DNA of 64,000 nt from an uncultured Anaerolineales bacterium (GCA_964390305.1 CAYMHT010000002.1:27212-91211); one strand, 5' to 3'. Positions 10,806-21,306 are shown, counted from the stretch's first letter. Notes: a model not told the origin generated them from the sequence alone. Translations and numbers: made by a program.

Positions 10806-11053
10806 CTCGGTATATATGTCCTCCACATTCTAGCAACGGACTTACGTGAGCGAATTATAAAGGATTTGGGCTCCAGCAACAAATCATCTCTCGTGTGCGG
10901 AACCGACTTCCACGGCCAGAGTTGTGTCGAACCCTGCGGCCCAGACCGAATATGACTGAGACGCGCGGCTCTCGGGCCCCAGCAGGCTGTACGCGCTGTC
11001 CATGTCGCGGTCGTCAAGCGCCAGATAGAAAGGGATAACCGCTTCGGTTAGTC

Positions 11054-11820
11054 CTAGCTGGCAGGTTCAACTCTTATCCGATAGAGGTGTTGCCAGCGCT
11101 TCCCGGTCACAAAGATCCCTCGGCCTCTCCTGGCGATCCCGTTCAATACGCCGGCAGGTTCCTTTTCAACTAACGCGGACAGGTCAATCCAGCCCAGCAC
11201 CTCTCCCGTCTCAGCGTCGATGCGCGCGATCTGTGGGGTCTGCCACACATTCGCCCACACCTGACCGCGTATCCATTCCAGCTCGTTTAGGCGCTCCACA
11301 GGCGTCCCCTTGTCCACGACCTGGACTCGGCCTGCTTCCTGAAACGTGTCCGGGTGAAGGAATCGCAGGTAGCTGGTGCCGTCACTCATAATCAGGCGCT
11401 CTCCATCGTGCGTGATCCCCCACCCTTCTCCGTCATAGGTGAACTGGCTCTCAATGGCAAAGCTGTCCTTGTCGTAGACGAATGCTACGCCAGCTTTCCA
11501 CGTGAGTTGGATGATCTGTTGGCCCCAGACGGTGCACCCTTCGCCAAAATACCGGGCTGGTAGCTGTCGGAGCTGTAGTACCTCTCCCGTTTCCAGATCT
11601 ACCCGACGGAGCGTTGATTCCCCGTACAGGCCGGTCGACTCGTAGAGTTCGCGGCCGTCGAACACCAGCCCCTGGGTGAAGGCGTCGGTCGCGTGCGGGT
11701 ATGCGCGCACTACCTCGCCCCTGGCCTCGTAGGGGAGTCCTGGTGCGCAGGCAGCGATGAGCAGAGCCAGCACTGCGCCCACCGTGGCTGCGACGCGTTG
11801 ACCCTTGATTGTGCTCTCCA
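11054..11820 (-). CDS. glutaminyl-peptide cyclotransferase-like beta-propeller protein, probable lipoprotein
   Basis: Similarity to plant/bacterial-type glutamine cyclotransferase (FTQGLVFDGRELYESTGLYGES...WANVWQT); N-terminal signal with LIAAC lipobox; start ambiguous (ATG 11820 or TTG 11905). Confidence 0.6.
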
Positions 11821-12381
11821 TTGCCTGCGGCGATGTTCGTCGCCGGAGGAGTATGGGATCAGCGTAGGGTTTTTCCACTATATGAAATCCCGCGCACGAG
11901 CCCAAACACAGCTACAGAGAAGTTGCCAAGTTCTATGGGTGGCACGATCAGACTCAATGCCGCGGTCGCCAGCATGACGGCGGCCACGAACCCCAAGACT
12001 GCGTCGAGAGCGCATTCTCACACCTCCGTGATGCAGAGCACCCGAATGCTCCCTAGCCCGGTCGCCACGCTCGCCACCAAGGCTGCTTCAACTCCCATCA
12101 GGCTTCAATGATCGCCCAGAAGCTAGACGAGAAATTGTTGCATACTGCAAGTATGTCAGTGTATGCCGAATCTGTCAAATGCCTGTTGAGCTAGCCGGGC
12201 TCTGAGGGTACTGGGGTTTACCTTGTTTCGCATAGGCAAGGCATGGGGTATAAGGAGGGGGGGGTGAAAGGGAGGGGTGTTGGGAAATGACTACACGAAG
12301 CGCGCCGGCATCAAAGATGCACCACTCACCGTGGCGATATGACTTGCTTGTGCTCGGACTTTGTGTTAGGATGAGTTTCAG

Positions 12382-12801
12382 ATGGACAACACCGTGGAGG
12401 CGCAATTTGAGGAACTAGATCACACCGCCGATATCGCCATCCGTGTGTGGGGGGAGGATCTGCCCGAGCTCTTTGTCGCCGCAGCGTATGGAATGGCAGC
12501 GCAACTGGCCGACGTCGACGAGATCCGGCTTGAGGCCGACACGGAGGTGGAGGTCGCCGCCGACGATGTGGACAGGCTCTTGGTGGAGTGGCTCAGTGAG
12601 CTGCTTTACCTGGGCAAGCGGCTAGATGTCGTGTTCACAGAGTTCGACGTGCTCGAGTTCAGTGTTAACGGATTGCGGGCCCTTGCTCGCGGGGGTCGTG
12701 TGCAGGAGTATCAAACACACATCAAGGCAGTAACTTTCAGCGAGCTGGACATCAGGGAGACGGACAAAGGGTACGAGACCGTCATCGTGTTTGACGTATG
12801 A
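12382..12801 (+). CDS. archease (RtcB activator)
   Basis: Archease family (EELDHTADIAIRVWGEDLPELF...); stop overlaps rtcB start region. Confidence 0.85.
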   Translation: MDNTVEAQFEELDHTADIAIRVWGEDLPELFVAAAYGMAAQLADVDEIRLEADTEVEVAADDVDRLLVEWLSELLYLGKRLDVVFTEFDVLEFSVNGLRALARGGRVQEYQTHIKAVTFSELDIRETDKGYETVIVFDV

Positions 12802-12826
12802 GAACCACTCGTTGCTGGGGAGGGGC

Positions 12827-14284
12827 ATGAACATGGTTGATACGAAAGATTTCCGACGCTTAGACAAATTCATCTGGGAGTTGCCAAAGGAGTACAGGGA
12901 TGACATGAGGGTTCCCGTGAGGCTGTTCGCCGACTCCCAGCTTTTTGAGGCGGCCTTCGGGGACCGATCGATAGAACAGCTGATCAACACGTCCACACTG
13001 CCGGGCATCGTCAACTACGCCATGGCCCTGCCGGACGTCCACCAGGGCTACGGCTTTCCCATCGGCGGCGTGGCCGGGATCGACGCCGCGACGGGAGTCA
13101 TATCGCCCGGCGGTGTCGGGTACGACATAAACTGCGGCGTGCGGCTCCTGGCCTCACCCTTGGACGCGGAAGAGATCCTCCCTTACGGCGAGGATCTGAT
13201 GACCGCCCTCAATCAGTCCTGTCCCAGCGGCTTGGGGGGAGACGGACGTGTGCGGGTGAGCAAGGCTGAACTCGACAACTTGGTGACCGATGGCGCGTCC
13301 TGGGCGCTGCAACAAGGCCTGGCCCGCAAGGACGATGTCCAGCACACGGAGGAACAAGGGAAGCTGCCCGGAACTGACCCCAGCCAGGTCAGCCAACGTG
13401 CCAAGGAGCGCGGCCTCAGCCAGGTGGGGTCACTGGGCTCGGGAAACCACTTCCTCGAGCTCGACGTCGTCCGGACTCTGTACGACTCAGACGTGGCAGA
13501 GACCTTCGGTCTGCGCGAGGGTCAGCTCGTCGTCCAGATCCATTGTGGTTCCCGAGGCTTTGGTCATCAAGTATGTGACGACTACGTCAAGAGCCTCCAG
13601 TCCGCAGTCAAGAAATACGACATCTATCTGCCGAGTCGACAGCTCGTGTGCGCGCCCATCGACTCCCGAGAAGGTCGGGCGTATTACGGCGCCATGGCCT
13701 GTGCCGTCAACTACGCGTTTGTCAATCGGCAGGTCCTTGCAATGGGAGCCCGAGAGGCCTTTGAGCGCGTCCTTGCCGGAAAAGTGAGCGATTTCGACCT
13801 CCACCAGATCTACGACGTGGCCCACAATATCGCCAAGTTCGAGGAACACGTCGTAAACGGCAGCCCGAAGAAGCTGTGCATTCATCGCAAGGGTGCCACA
13901 CGCTGTTTCCCCCCAGGTCATGAGGGCGTTCCCGCTGCTTACCGCGACGTCGGCCAACCGGTTCTCGTGCCTGGCTCCATGGGAACCGCGTCCTACGTGC
14001 TCGTCGGTCAGCAGGAAGCCATGGACCTCACCTTTGGTTCCACCTGCCATGGCGCCGGCCGCACCATGAGCCGCACCCAGGCCCGCAAGGAGGTCTGGGG
14101 CCACGACCTCCGGGAGGAATTGGAGGCTGGCGGCATCACGGTCCGCGCAGGCAGCATGAAAGGCCTCGCGGAAGAGGCCCCCCTCGCTTACAAGGACGTC
14201 AGCCGCGTGGTCGACACCGTCCACGGGCTGGGCATCGCTCGCAAGGTCGCCCGGCTGGAGCCCATCGGGGTGATCAAGGGCTGA
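12827..14284 (+). CDS. rtcB: RNA-splicing ligase RtcB
   Basis: RtcB core (PDVHQGYGFPIGGVAG..., HNIAKFEEHVV..., CHGAGR); start set to ATG after GGGGAGGGG. Confidence 0.9.
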   Translation: MNMVDTKDFRRLDKFIWELPKEYRDDMRVPVRLFADSQLFEAAFGDRSIEQLINTSTLPGIVNYAMALPDVHQGYGFPIGGVAGIDAATGVISPGGVGYDINCGVRLLASPLDAEEILPYGEDLMTALNQSCPSGLGGDGRVRVSKAELDNLVTDGASWALQQGLARKDDVQHTEEQGKLPGTDPSQVSQRAKERGLSQVGSLGSGNHFLELDVVRTLYDSDVAETFGLREGQLVVQIHCGSRGFGHQVCDDYVKSLQSAVKKYDIYLPSRQLVCAPIDSREGRAYYGAMACAVNYAFVNRQVLAMGAREAFERVLAGKVSDFDLHQIYDVAHNIAKFEEHVVNGSPKKLCIHRKGATRCFPPGHEGVPAAYRDVGQPVLVPGSMGTASYVLVGQQEAMDLTFGSTCHGAGRTMSRTQARKEVWGHDLREELEAGGITVRAGSMKGLAEEAPLAYKDVSRVVDTVHGLGIARKVARLEPIGVIKG

Positions 14285-14404
14285 CCACCCACTTCCGCTG
14301 GGGTGTAAAACACCGAAACGGGGTCCTGCACTCACCTCGCCTGAATGCCTGACCCCGCTTTCAAACCCGTCGCCCGCTAATAAGGGGTTTGATCGCTCCT
14401 AGCG

Positions 14405-15118
14405 CTATTCCTGCCGTGCCTCCGTCACACCCAGAGCCACTACCAGTTCCCGCCTCAGGCCGTCGGGCAGCGGTTCCAGGTCACCCGGCCCTCGCAGCCA
14501 GTCCTTCACCTTCTTCCTGTAAAACACGGGAACCGGCGCCTTGTCAGCCTCGACCTGCACTTTCTCGTTGACGAAGACAATCACCCCGCGCACAGGCACC
14601 TCGTCGGCACGTTCCATCTGCTCGTCCAGGTACTGCTCCAGTCTGGTCGCCTGCTTCTGGGCCTCTTTGTGTGGCTTTCCCAGCGGCTCCTGCCCCACCA
14701 GCCGGCGGAAGAATTTCCCTCGCTGCTCATGCTTCCAGCGGCCGTCCTCCCCGTCTTCGTACCTCACCTCGCCACCCTGCGTCTTGACGACGAAGCACGT
14801 GCACCCACCCGGCTCCACCAGCACGTGATCAGCGGGTAGGCGATACTGGATCAGGGTGTGACGATAGTCCAGACCTTTGAGCATCTCTGCCAGTGCCTGG
14901 TGATGGGCAAGGGGTCCGGCATATCGATCGGCGAAGAAGCCACCGATGACCGACAGAACGAACCCCAGCCCCATGCTCACCATCAGGGCAACCACCCAGG
15001 TCGGCCTGACAAACGAGAGAACGAGTCCGATCATCAAGATCACTAGCCCACCCAGCGTGGCGTATCGACCCACTGAACTGAGCACGCTGATACGACGTTC
15101 GTCACGGACAATGCGCAT
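14405..15118 (-). CDS. membrane-anchored NERD-like (nuclease-related domain) protein
   Basis: Two N-terminal TM helices followed by cytosolic domain with NERD-like pattern (HVLVEPGGCTCFVVKTQGGEV...GVIVFVNEKVQVE); family call tentative. Confidence 0.4.
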   Translation of the reverse strand: MRIVRDERRISVLSSVGRYATLGGLVILMIGLVLSFVRPTWVVALMVSMGLGFVLSVIGGFFADRYAGPLAHHQALAEMLKGLDYRHTLIQYRLPADHVLVEPGGCTCFVVKTQGGEVRYEDGEDGRWKHEQRGKFFRRLVGQEPLGKPHKEAQKQATRLEQYLDEQMERADEVPVRGVIVFVNEKVQVEADKAPVPVFYRKKVKDWLRGPGDLEPLPDGLRRELVVALGVTEARQE

Positions 15119-15120
15119 CT

Positions 15121-16416
15121 CTACTCCTCAAAACCGCCCAGGACCAGACAGGCGTTCTGGCCTCCGAGCCCGAAGGAGTTGGAGAGCGCGACGCGCACGT
15201 CCGCCCTCCTGGGCCCGTCAGGCACGTAGTCCAGATCGCACTCAGGATCCGGGTTCTCCAGGTTCGCTGTGCGATGGATGACCCCGTCCTCAATCGTGCG
15301 AACACAAACCGCTGCCTCAATCGCACCTGCTCCACCCATTGGATGACCAATCATCGATTTCGTAGAGCTGATGGGAACGTCGTATGCATACTCCCTGAAC
15401 ACCCGCTTGATGGCGAGCGTCTCTATCGGATCACTGATCGGTGTCGAGCTACCATGGGCGTTGATGTAGTCAACCTCCGACGGCCCCACGCCTGCCGCCT
15501 CCAGCGCCCACTTCATAGCCCGGCTCGCGCCCCTGCCCTCAGGGTCCGGCTGCGCCACGTGAAAAGCGTCCGATGACGACGCGTATCCCAGCACCTCCGC
15601 ACGGATCCTCGCTCCCCGATCCCGCGCATGGTCAAGCTCCTCCAACACAAACACTGCTGCCCCTTCGCTTAGCACGAACCCGTCGCGGTCGGCGTCAAAC
15701 GGACGGCTGGCCCGCTCCGGCTCATCGTTCCGCACCGAGAGCGCTCGCATAGCACAGAAGCCCACCACCAAGGTGAAGTGAACCATCGCATCCACCCCGC
15801 CACAGATCATCACATCGGCGGATCCTCGGCGAATGTACTCCGCGGCCTCTCCAATGGCCTGCGTACCGGTTGCGCACGCAGCGACCACCGTGCTGATCGG
15901 CCCCATTGCCCCAGACCAGTGGCTCACGTGGTGCGACGGCATGTTCACCAACATGGAGATCGGTACGAAAGGGTTTACACGGCGCAATCCCTTCTCACGG
16001 AACGTATCAACGCCCTCGATCGCGCGCTCATAGCCGCCCACGCCACTTCCAATCAGCGTGCCCACGCGCTCCGCTCCTTCCAGCGGGAGCTCAAGCCCTG
16101 CGTCCGCCAGCGCCTGCTGTGCCGTGGCCAGCGCCACCGTCGAGCAGCGCGCCATTCTGCGAGCCTCTTTTTCGTCCACGTATTCCGTCGGATCGAAACC
16201 TTTGAGTTCCCCTGCAATCTGCACGGGCAAGTCAGATGGATCGAACTGAGCAATTCGATCAATACCCGATTCCCCGGCCAACAGATTCTGCCAGGTCTCT
16301 TCCATGCTCAGTCCCAGCGGCGTCATGGCACCCACGCCCGTCACAACAACGCGTCCTTCTCCCCTCATGGCCCGCCTTCCTTCACCCTCCGCCGTCCCGC
16401 CCTCCGGGTCCTTCAC
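15121..16416 (-). CDS. fabF: 3-oxoacyl-ACP synthase II
   Basis: KAS II with active-site Cys (ACATG) and His/His motifs (HGSSTPISD, GHPMGGAG). Confidence 0.9.
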   Translation of the reverse strand: MKDPEGGTAEGEGRRAMRGEGRVVVTGVGAMTPLGLSMEETWQNLLAGESGIDRIAQFDPSDLPVQIAGELKGFDPTEYVDEKEARRMARCSTVALATAQQALADAGLELPLEGAERVGTLIGSGVGGYERAIEGVDTFREKGLRRVNPFVPISMLVNMPSHHVSHWSGAMGPISTVVAACATGTQAIGEAAEYIRRGSADVMICGGVDAMVHFTLVVGFCAMRALSVRNDEPERASRPFDADRDGFVLSEGAAVFVLEELDHARDRGARIRAEVLGYASSSDAFHVAQPDPEGRGASRAMKWALEAAGVGPSEVDYINAHGSSTPISDPIETLAIKRVFREYAYDVPISSTKSMIGHPMGGAGAIEAAVCVRTIEDGVIHRTANLENPDPECDLDYVPDGPRRADVRVALSNSFGLGGQNACLVLGGFEE

Positions 16417-17405
16417 TCACCAAGCCCCCCACGAATTGCCTCCACCACTCCGCCCTCCACAGCCTGCCGCGCCTGACCAACGGCGTTCTTGATCGCCCGG
16501 GCGTTCGAGCGCCCGTGCGCCACAATCACCACACCGTTCACACCCAGCAACGGCCCCCCGCCCACTTCAAAAGGATCTACACGCTTCGCCACCCGCCCGA
16601 AGGCGGGTTTCGCCAGGAGCCCCCCCAGGGCCGACAACGGGGCGCTCTTGATTTCGTCGCGGATCAGATTCGTCAACATGCTGGCGGTCGCCTCGATCGT
16701 CTTGATGAAGATGTTCCCGGTGAAACCATCGTGCACCACCACATCCGCCTCAAACCCCATCGCTTCCTTCGCCTCCACGTTGCCAGTGAAGGTCAGACCT
16801 GAGTCCTCAAACAGTTTGCTCGCCTCCTTCACCAGCTGATTCCCCTTGCCGCGTTCCTCTCCGTTCGAAAGGAGAGCTACCCGGGGCTCCGCAGCCCCCA
16901 GCACAGCCCGCGCGTAAAGTGACCCCATCAGCCCAAACTGAACCAGGTACTCGGGCTTGCAGTCCGCGTTCGCCCCGATATCAAGGGTGATGAACTGCCC
17001 TGCAGGTAAAGGCATGATCGCCGCCAACGCTGGTCGCCTTACCCCGCGGATGCGTCTCAGCGTGTGTAGGGTCGCCACCGCCAGCACACCGCCAGTATTG
17101 CCCGCCGACACGTATGCGTCCGCCTCTCCATCCCGCAGGAGCCGCATGCCGATGTGCATCGACGACTGCTCTTTCTCCCGCGCTGCCCAGGCAGGGTCAT
17201 CGTCCATCTCGATCACGTCGGGGGCGTGCACAATCTCGAGCCCAAGGCCGCTCGTATCGAAGTCCGCCAACTGCTCCTCGATAGCATCTGCCCGCCCCAC
17301 CAGCACGATTTGATCGTCCGGCCACGCCTCGGCTGCCGCCACAGCGCCAGCTACATCAGGCACCGGGTAGTTGTCTGAGCCCATAGCATCCACCACAATC
17401 TTCAT
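16413..17405 (-). CDS. plsX: phosphate acyltransferase PlsX
   Basis: MKIVVDAMGSDNYPVPDVAGAVAAA... PlsX family; 4-nt overlap with fabF. Confidence 0.9.
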   Translation of the reverse strand: MKIVVDAMGSDNYPVPDVAGAVAAAEAWPDDQIVLVGRADAIEEQLADFDTSGLGLEIVHAPDVIEMDDDPAWAAREKEQSSMHIGMRLLRDGEADAYVSAGNTGGVLAVATLHTLRRIRGVRRPALAAIMPLPAGQFITLDIGANADCKPEYLVQFGLMGSLYARAVLGAAEPRVALLSNGEERGKGNQLVKEASKLFEDSGLTFTGNVEAKEAMGFEADVVVHDGFTGNIFIKTIEATASMLTNLIRDEIKSAPLSALGGLLAKPAFGRVAKRVDPFEVGGGPLLGVNGVVIVAHGRSNARAIKNAVGQARQAVEGGVVEAIRGGLGE

Positions 17406-17475
17406 TCGCTCACCCTCCTCTTCTCGTGTTCAACGCGCGCCTCCTGCACGCAGCACGAAGGGTAGGAGGAGCGAG

Positions 17476-17503
17476 TTGACAAGCAAGGCATGCAGAGTAT
17501 AAT
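17476..17503 (+). promoter_or_regulatory. consensus sigma70 promoter (TTGACA-16-TATAAT) for tRNA-Leu
   Basis: TTGACA 17476-17481, TATAAT 17498-17503, tRNA begins 17515. Confidence 0.6.
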
Positions 17504-17514
17504 TGAGGCGTCGT

Positions 17515-17597
17515 GCCCCGGTGGCGGAATAGGCATACGCGGCAGGTTGAGGGCCTGTGCCCGCAAGGGCGTGGAGGTTCGACTCCTCTCCGGGGCA
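17515..17597 (+). tRNA. tRNA-Leu (anticodon GAG), type II with long variable arm
   Basis: Manual fold: 7-bp acceptor GCCCCGG/CCGGGGC, D-arm, anticodon stem GCAGG/CCTGT with loop TTGAGGG, long variable arm, T-loop TTCGACT; no encoded CCA. Confidence 0.75.
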
Positions 17598-17665
17598 TCT
17601 CTATCCCCTCCGGGCAACCCTTCCCGAAGACCAACTCTCGAGAAGGTTTGTGGACACCCCAGTGC

Positions 17666-19123
17666 TCAGCGGTTTCGCTCCGAGCGGGGCCGCTTCCGCG
17701 GCCTGAAAAGCAGCCGAACTGGGGTGCCCGGAAATTCATGTGCCTCTCTCAGGCGGTTCTCCAGGTAGCGCTCATAGCTGAAATGCACCAGATCCGGATC
17801 GTTCACGTGGAATACGAACGTCGGTGGATCGACCTCGGGCTGGCTCGCGTAGTAGATCTTCAGTCGCCGCCCTCGCTTGCTCGGCGGCGCGTGTCGTGCC
17901 AGCGCGTCCTGAACAATCCGGTTCAGTTCACTCGTCGGGATGCGATCGAACCGCGCCTGCCACACCTCAAGCGCCGTAGGCAGCACCCGATGCACCCCCT
18001 CACCGGTCAGGGCAGAGATGAACAAGATCGGCACGTAGTCCAGGAACCGTAGCGCATGTCGGACCCATCGAGTGTACTCCGTCACGGTGTCAGGGTCTCG
18101 CTCAACAAGATCCCATTTGTTGATCAGCACGACAACACTCGCCCATTGCTTGAGGATAGCCCCGGCGATGTGCGTGTCCTGACCCCTGACTCCCTCCCAT
18201 CCGTCGATGACCAACAAGCCGACATCCGCCCGCCGCAGCGCACGCAGGGCACGCAGGACACTGTAGTACTCCACACCCTGGGCGACTTTTCCCCGACGCC
18301 GGATGCCAGCAGTGTCGACCAGCGTGATCGGCGTTCCCTCCCACTCCAGGAACGTGTCGACGGCGTCACGCGTCGTACCGGGTACGTGGCTCACGATCAC
18401 CCGCTCCTCGCCAAGCAGCCTGTTCAGGAGCGACGACTTGCCCACGTTCGGCCGGCCCACGATGGTCAACTCCACGCGCTTCTCAGCTGCCTCAGCCTCG
18501 GCACGCCCCACCTGTGGCCCTGGCGCTGTCTCTCTCAACGCGTCGACGACGGCATCGAGAAGGTCAGCCACACCACGCCCATGGAGGGCGGAGATCGGGT
18601 GGACCTCACCCAATCCAAGCGCGTAGAACTCCATCGCCTCGTGCTCCAGACGCTCGTTGTCCGCCTTGTTTGCTGCCAAGAAGACAGGACACTTAGCCTT
18701 GCGCAAGACCTGCGCCACCTCCTGATCGCCCGCCGTGAGCCCGCTGATGGTGTCGGTCAGAAAGATCACAGCGTCTGCCTCCTCGACGGCCACCTCCGCC
18801 TGGCCCCGCATCAACGCGACATAAGGGGCCGAATCCTGCACCAGAACCCGCTCCGGCCCCGGCCGGCGCCCTGATTCAACAGTCTCTGGTAGCAGCTCCA
18901 GACCGCCGGTATCTATCACCGTGAAGGGGAGACCGTTCCATTCAGCTTCCGCATACAACCGATCCCGCGTCGTGCCAGGATCCTTGTGCACCACCGCTAT
19001 CCGCTGCCCGACAATCCGGTTGAAGAGCGTCGACTTGCCGACGTTCGGCCGTCCCACCAGACATACAATCCCGCGCTCAGAGCCCTCAGGCGCATTAATC
19101 CCTCGCGGATCGAGCCCATTCAT
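17666..19123 (-). CDS. der: ribosome-biogenesis GTPase Der (EngA), tandem GTPase domains plus KH-like domain
   Basis: Two G-domains (GRPNVGKSTLFN ... GRPNVGKSSLLN) and C-terminal KH domain. Confidence 0.9.
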   Translation of the reverse strand: MNGLDPRGINAPEGSERGIVCLVGRPNVGKSTLFNRIVGQRIAVVHKDPGTTRDRLYAEAEWNGLPFTVIDTGGLELLPETVESGRRPGPERVLVQDSAPYVALMRGQAEVAVEEADAVIFLTDTISGLTAGDQEVAQVLRKAKCPVFLAANKADNERLEHEAMEFYALGLGEVHPISALHGRGVADLLDAVVDALRETAPGPQVGRAEAEAAEKRVELTIVGRPNVGKSSLLNRLLGEERVIVSHVPGTTRDAVDTFLEWEGTPITLVDTAGIRRRGKVAQGVEYYSVLRALRALRRADVGLLVIDGWEGVRGQDTHIAGAILKQWASVVVLINKWDLVERDPDTVTEYTRWVRHALRFLDYVPILFISALTGEGVHRVLPTALEVWQARFDRIPTSELNRIVQDALARHAPPSKRGRRLKIYYASQPEVDPPTFVFHVNDPDLVHFSYERYLENRLREAHEFPGTPVRLLFRPRKRPRSERNR

Positions 19124-19125
19124 CG

Positions 19126-20406
19126 CTAGTCAGTTGCCGCCGGCGTGCCAGTGATCGTCCCCGTTATCTCAGGCGTTGCCGTCAGCTCCGTGACCTCCGA
19201 TATCCTAACCTGCACCGTCGCCGGTATCACACCTTGCGACTCGATGGCATCGGGTACGACCACCTCCGGCTCAATCTGATGCGTACCAACCGGTAGTTCG
19301 AACAACTCAAGCACCACCCGCACGTCGTTCGACGTCAGCGACTCCAGCCTCGGCAGCGGCCCGCTCAAGATCACCTGTACCGTGTCTGGGGAGACGGTGG
19401 CCGTGTAGCCCGGTTCCAGCCCCTGGATCTCCGGCGTGCTCGTGATCGTCGTGCTGCTCTGGATCGCTTCGATGAACACCCGCACCTCAACTCGCTCGCC
19501 CGGCACGAGGCTGACCTTGGGCGGAGTGCTGAGACCGGGCCGTACCACGACGTCCTCCTCCGCTCCCTCCACCACCACCGGCCTTGTCTCGATGAACCCT
19601 TGCTCCAGGGCCCCCAGGTCCTGCGGGCTACCAAACACGGTCACTGTTGGCGGATTGATGGCAATATCCGTAATTCGGTACCCCGACGCAACTTCGCCGG
19701 TCAGCACCGCCTTGACCGCCAGCGTCGCATGATAACCCGATGGCTCGATCGGTATGCGAACGTTCACTGTCTCCGGCGTCAAGGAGACGTTCGGGACCAC
19801 GTTCCCCTCCTCATCCCTCGGTCGCACAGTCAGGGCCTCTTCGACGTCCGCTTCGGCGCCCTGCATCGAAAGCGACGCATGGACCTCCACCACTTGGCCT
19901 ACGAAGCTGCTCGGCCCCGTCACCATCACCTCCCGCGGCTCCACCGTTTCCGCGCCCGGAACATAACCGATAGCTGGTCTGCCTTCCGTCTCAATACGCA
20001 CAGGTACTTCCTGACTCGCCTTGGAATCCAGCTCGATCGTCACCGTCTGCGGATCGACGTCCACGACCCTCGACGGCTGCTCATCCAGATCGACGTCGAC
20101 CTCTACCTCGTGAACCCCGCTACCCAGACCACCAACATCCGCTACCGCGGAGAAGTCGTCCACGCTCAACGAGTCCCACACCGCCTGCGTCGTCCGCACC
20201 GTCACCCGGACCTCTTCGTCAAATCTCCCCACAATCACTAGATCTTCCGCAAGCCCAGCGGTCCTGACGGGAATCGACTGCGCAAACTGTCTCTCCACGG
20301 TCGGATTGGACTGCTCAACGGCCACAAACCACGCCAACACGGCCAGCATAAGTGCCATCACGATCAAAGGCAGATTGGCGACCAGCCAGCGCGCTGCCTG
20401 TCTCAT
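19126..20406 (-). CDS. cdaR: YbbR-domain protein (CdaR-like regulator of diadenylate cyclase)
   Basis: N-terminal TM anchor followed by repeated YbbR-like beta domains; 4-nt overlap with cdaA. Confidence 0.75.
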   Translation of the reverse strand: MRQAARWLVANLPLIVMALMLAVLAWFVAVEQSNPTVERQFAQSIPVRTAGLAEDLVIVGRFDEEVRVTVRTTQAVWDSLSVDDFSAVADVGGLGSGVHEVEVDVDLDEQPSRVVDVDPQTVTIELDSKASQEVPVRIETEGRPAIGYVPGAETVEPREVMVTGPSSFVGQVVEVHASLSMQGAEADVEEALTVRPRDEEGNVVPNVSLTPETVNVRIPIEPSGYHATLAVKAVLTGEVASGYRITDIAINPPTVTVFGSPQDLGALEQGFIETRPVVVEGAEEDVVVRPGLSTPPKVSLVPGERVEVRVFIEAIQSSTTITSTPEIQGLEPGYTATVSPDTVQVILSGPLPRLESLTSNDVRVVLELFELPVGTHQIEPEVVVPDAIESQGVIPATVQVRISEVTELTATPEITGTITGTPAATD

Positions 20407-21239
20407 GATCCTCCCAGCCTCTGACGCAGCTGCCGAATTCGCTGTGACCAGCCTCGTTCAAGCATCGGTTGGTAGAAAGCGTGCAGAACCTTTTCCAGCC
20501 GCTTGGCATCCAGATTCCGGATAATGCGCCCATTGTGCGCAATTGAGATGGCGCCTCTCTCCTCAGAGACGACGACTGCAATCGCGTCACTCTCCTCTGT
20601 CACCCCGATCGCCGCTCGGTGACGCAGACCCAGCTGACGGTCCGCCAGAAAGGCCGTGGACAGCGGCAGCACGCACCCGGCCGCGAGCACCCGTCCTTCA
20701 CGAACGATCACTGCCCCATCGTGCAATGTGGTGCTGGGATTGAAGATGGTGAGTAGCAGTTCGTACGACACCTCAGCATCCAGCTCCACGCCACTGTCCA
20801 CAAACTCCTGGAGCCCTGTTCGCCGCTCCAAGACGATCAGTGCCCCGTGGTGACGCTGGGCCAGCGTCTGCGCTACCTCGGTGACGGTGGACAGCGCAAA
20901 TTCCACCTCCTCCCGTCTCCCCACTCTCCGGCCAAACAGTGTCCCTGGGCGCCCCAGCTGTTCCAGCGCGCGCCGTAGCTCCGGCTGAAAGATGACCGGG
21001 ATCGCCACCAGCAAGGCGGGGAGCGTGCTCTCGATCAACCACCCGAAAGCTCGGAGCTCGATCAGCCCGCCCAGCAGCAGCACGACAATCACCAAGAAGA
21101 TAAGGCCGCGGAGCAGGGGAACGGCTCGAGTGCCCCGGACGAGATAGAAGAGCCAGAAGAAGATCAAGGCCACGAGCAGAATGTCGACAGCATCCACCCA
21201 TCCGAGCCTCTGAAGGTACCAAAACAGATCAGGGATCAT
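20403..21239 (-). CDS. cdaA: diadenylate cyclase CdaA (DAC domain) with three N-terminal TM helices
   Basis: DisA_N/DAC motifs (LHDGAVIVREGRVLAAGCVLPLS...RHRAAIGVTEESDAIAVVVSEERGAIS). Confidence 0.85.
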   Translation of the reverse strand: MIPDLFWYLQRLGWVDAVDILLVALIFFWLFYLVRGTRAVPLLRGLIFLVIVVLLLGGLIELRAFGWLIESTLPALLVAIPVIFQPELRRALEQLGRPGTLFGRRVGRREEVEFALSTVTEVAQTLAQRHHGALIVLERRTGLQEFVDSGVELDAEVSYELLLTIFNPSTTLHDGAVIVREGRVLAAGCVLPLSTAFLADRQLGLRHRAAIGVTEESDAIAVVVSEERGAISIAHNGRIIRNLDAKRLEKVLHAFYQPMLERGWSQRIRQLRQRLGGS

Positions 21240-21306
21240 AGATCAATGCCGATCCATCTACGACACCGCTGGACCTCACCCTCGACACCCCTTCTAGAAT
21301 GAGACA

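Noticed and set aside
10806-11017. N-terminal 71-aa extension of the HflX ORF
   Set aside because: Extension is non-homologous to HflX; the internal ATG (MTEATG) has a GGAGG RBS and gives a canonical-length protein.
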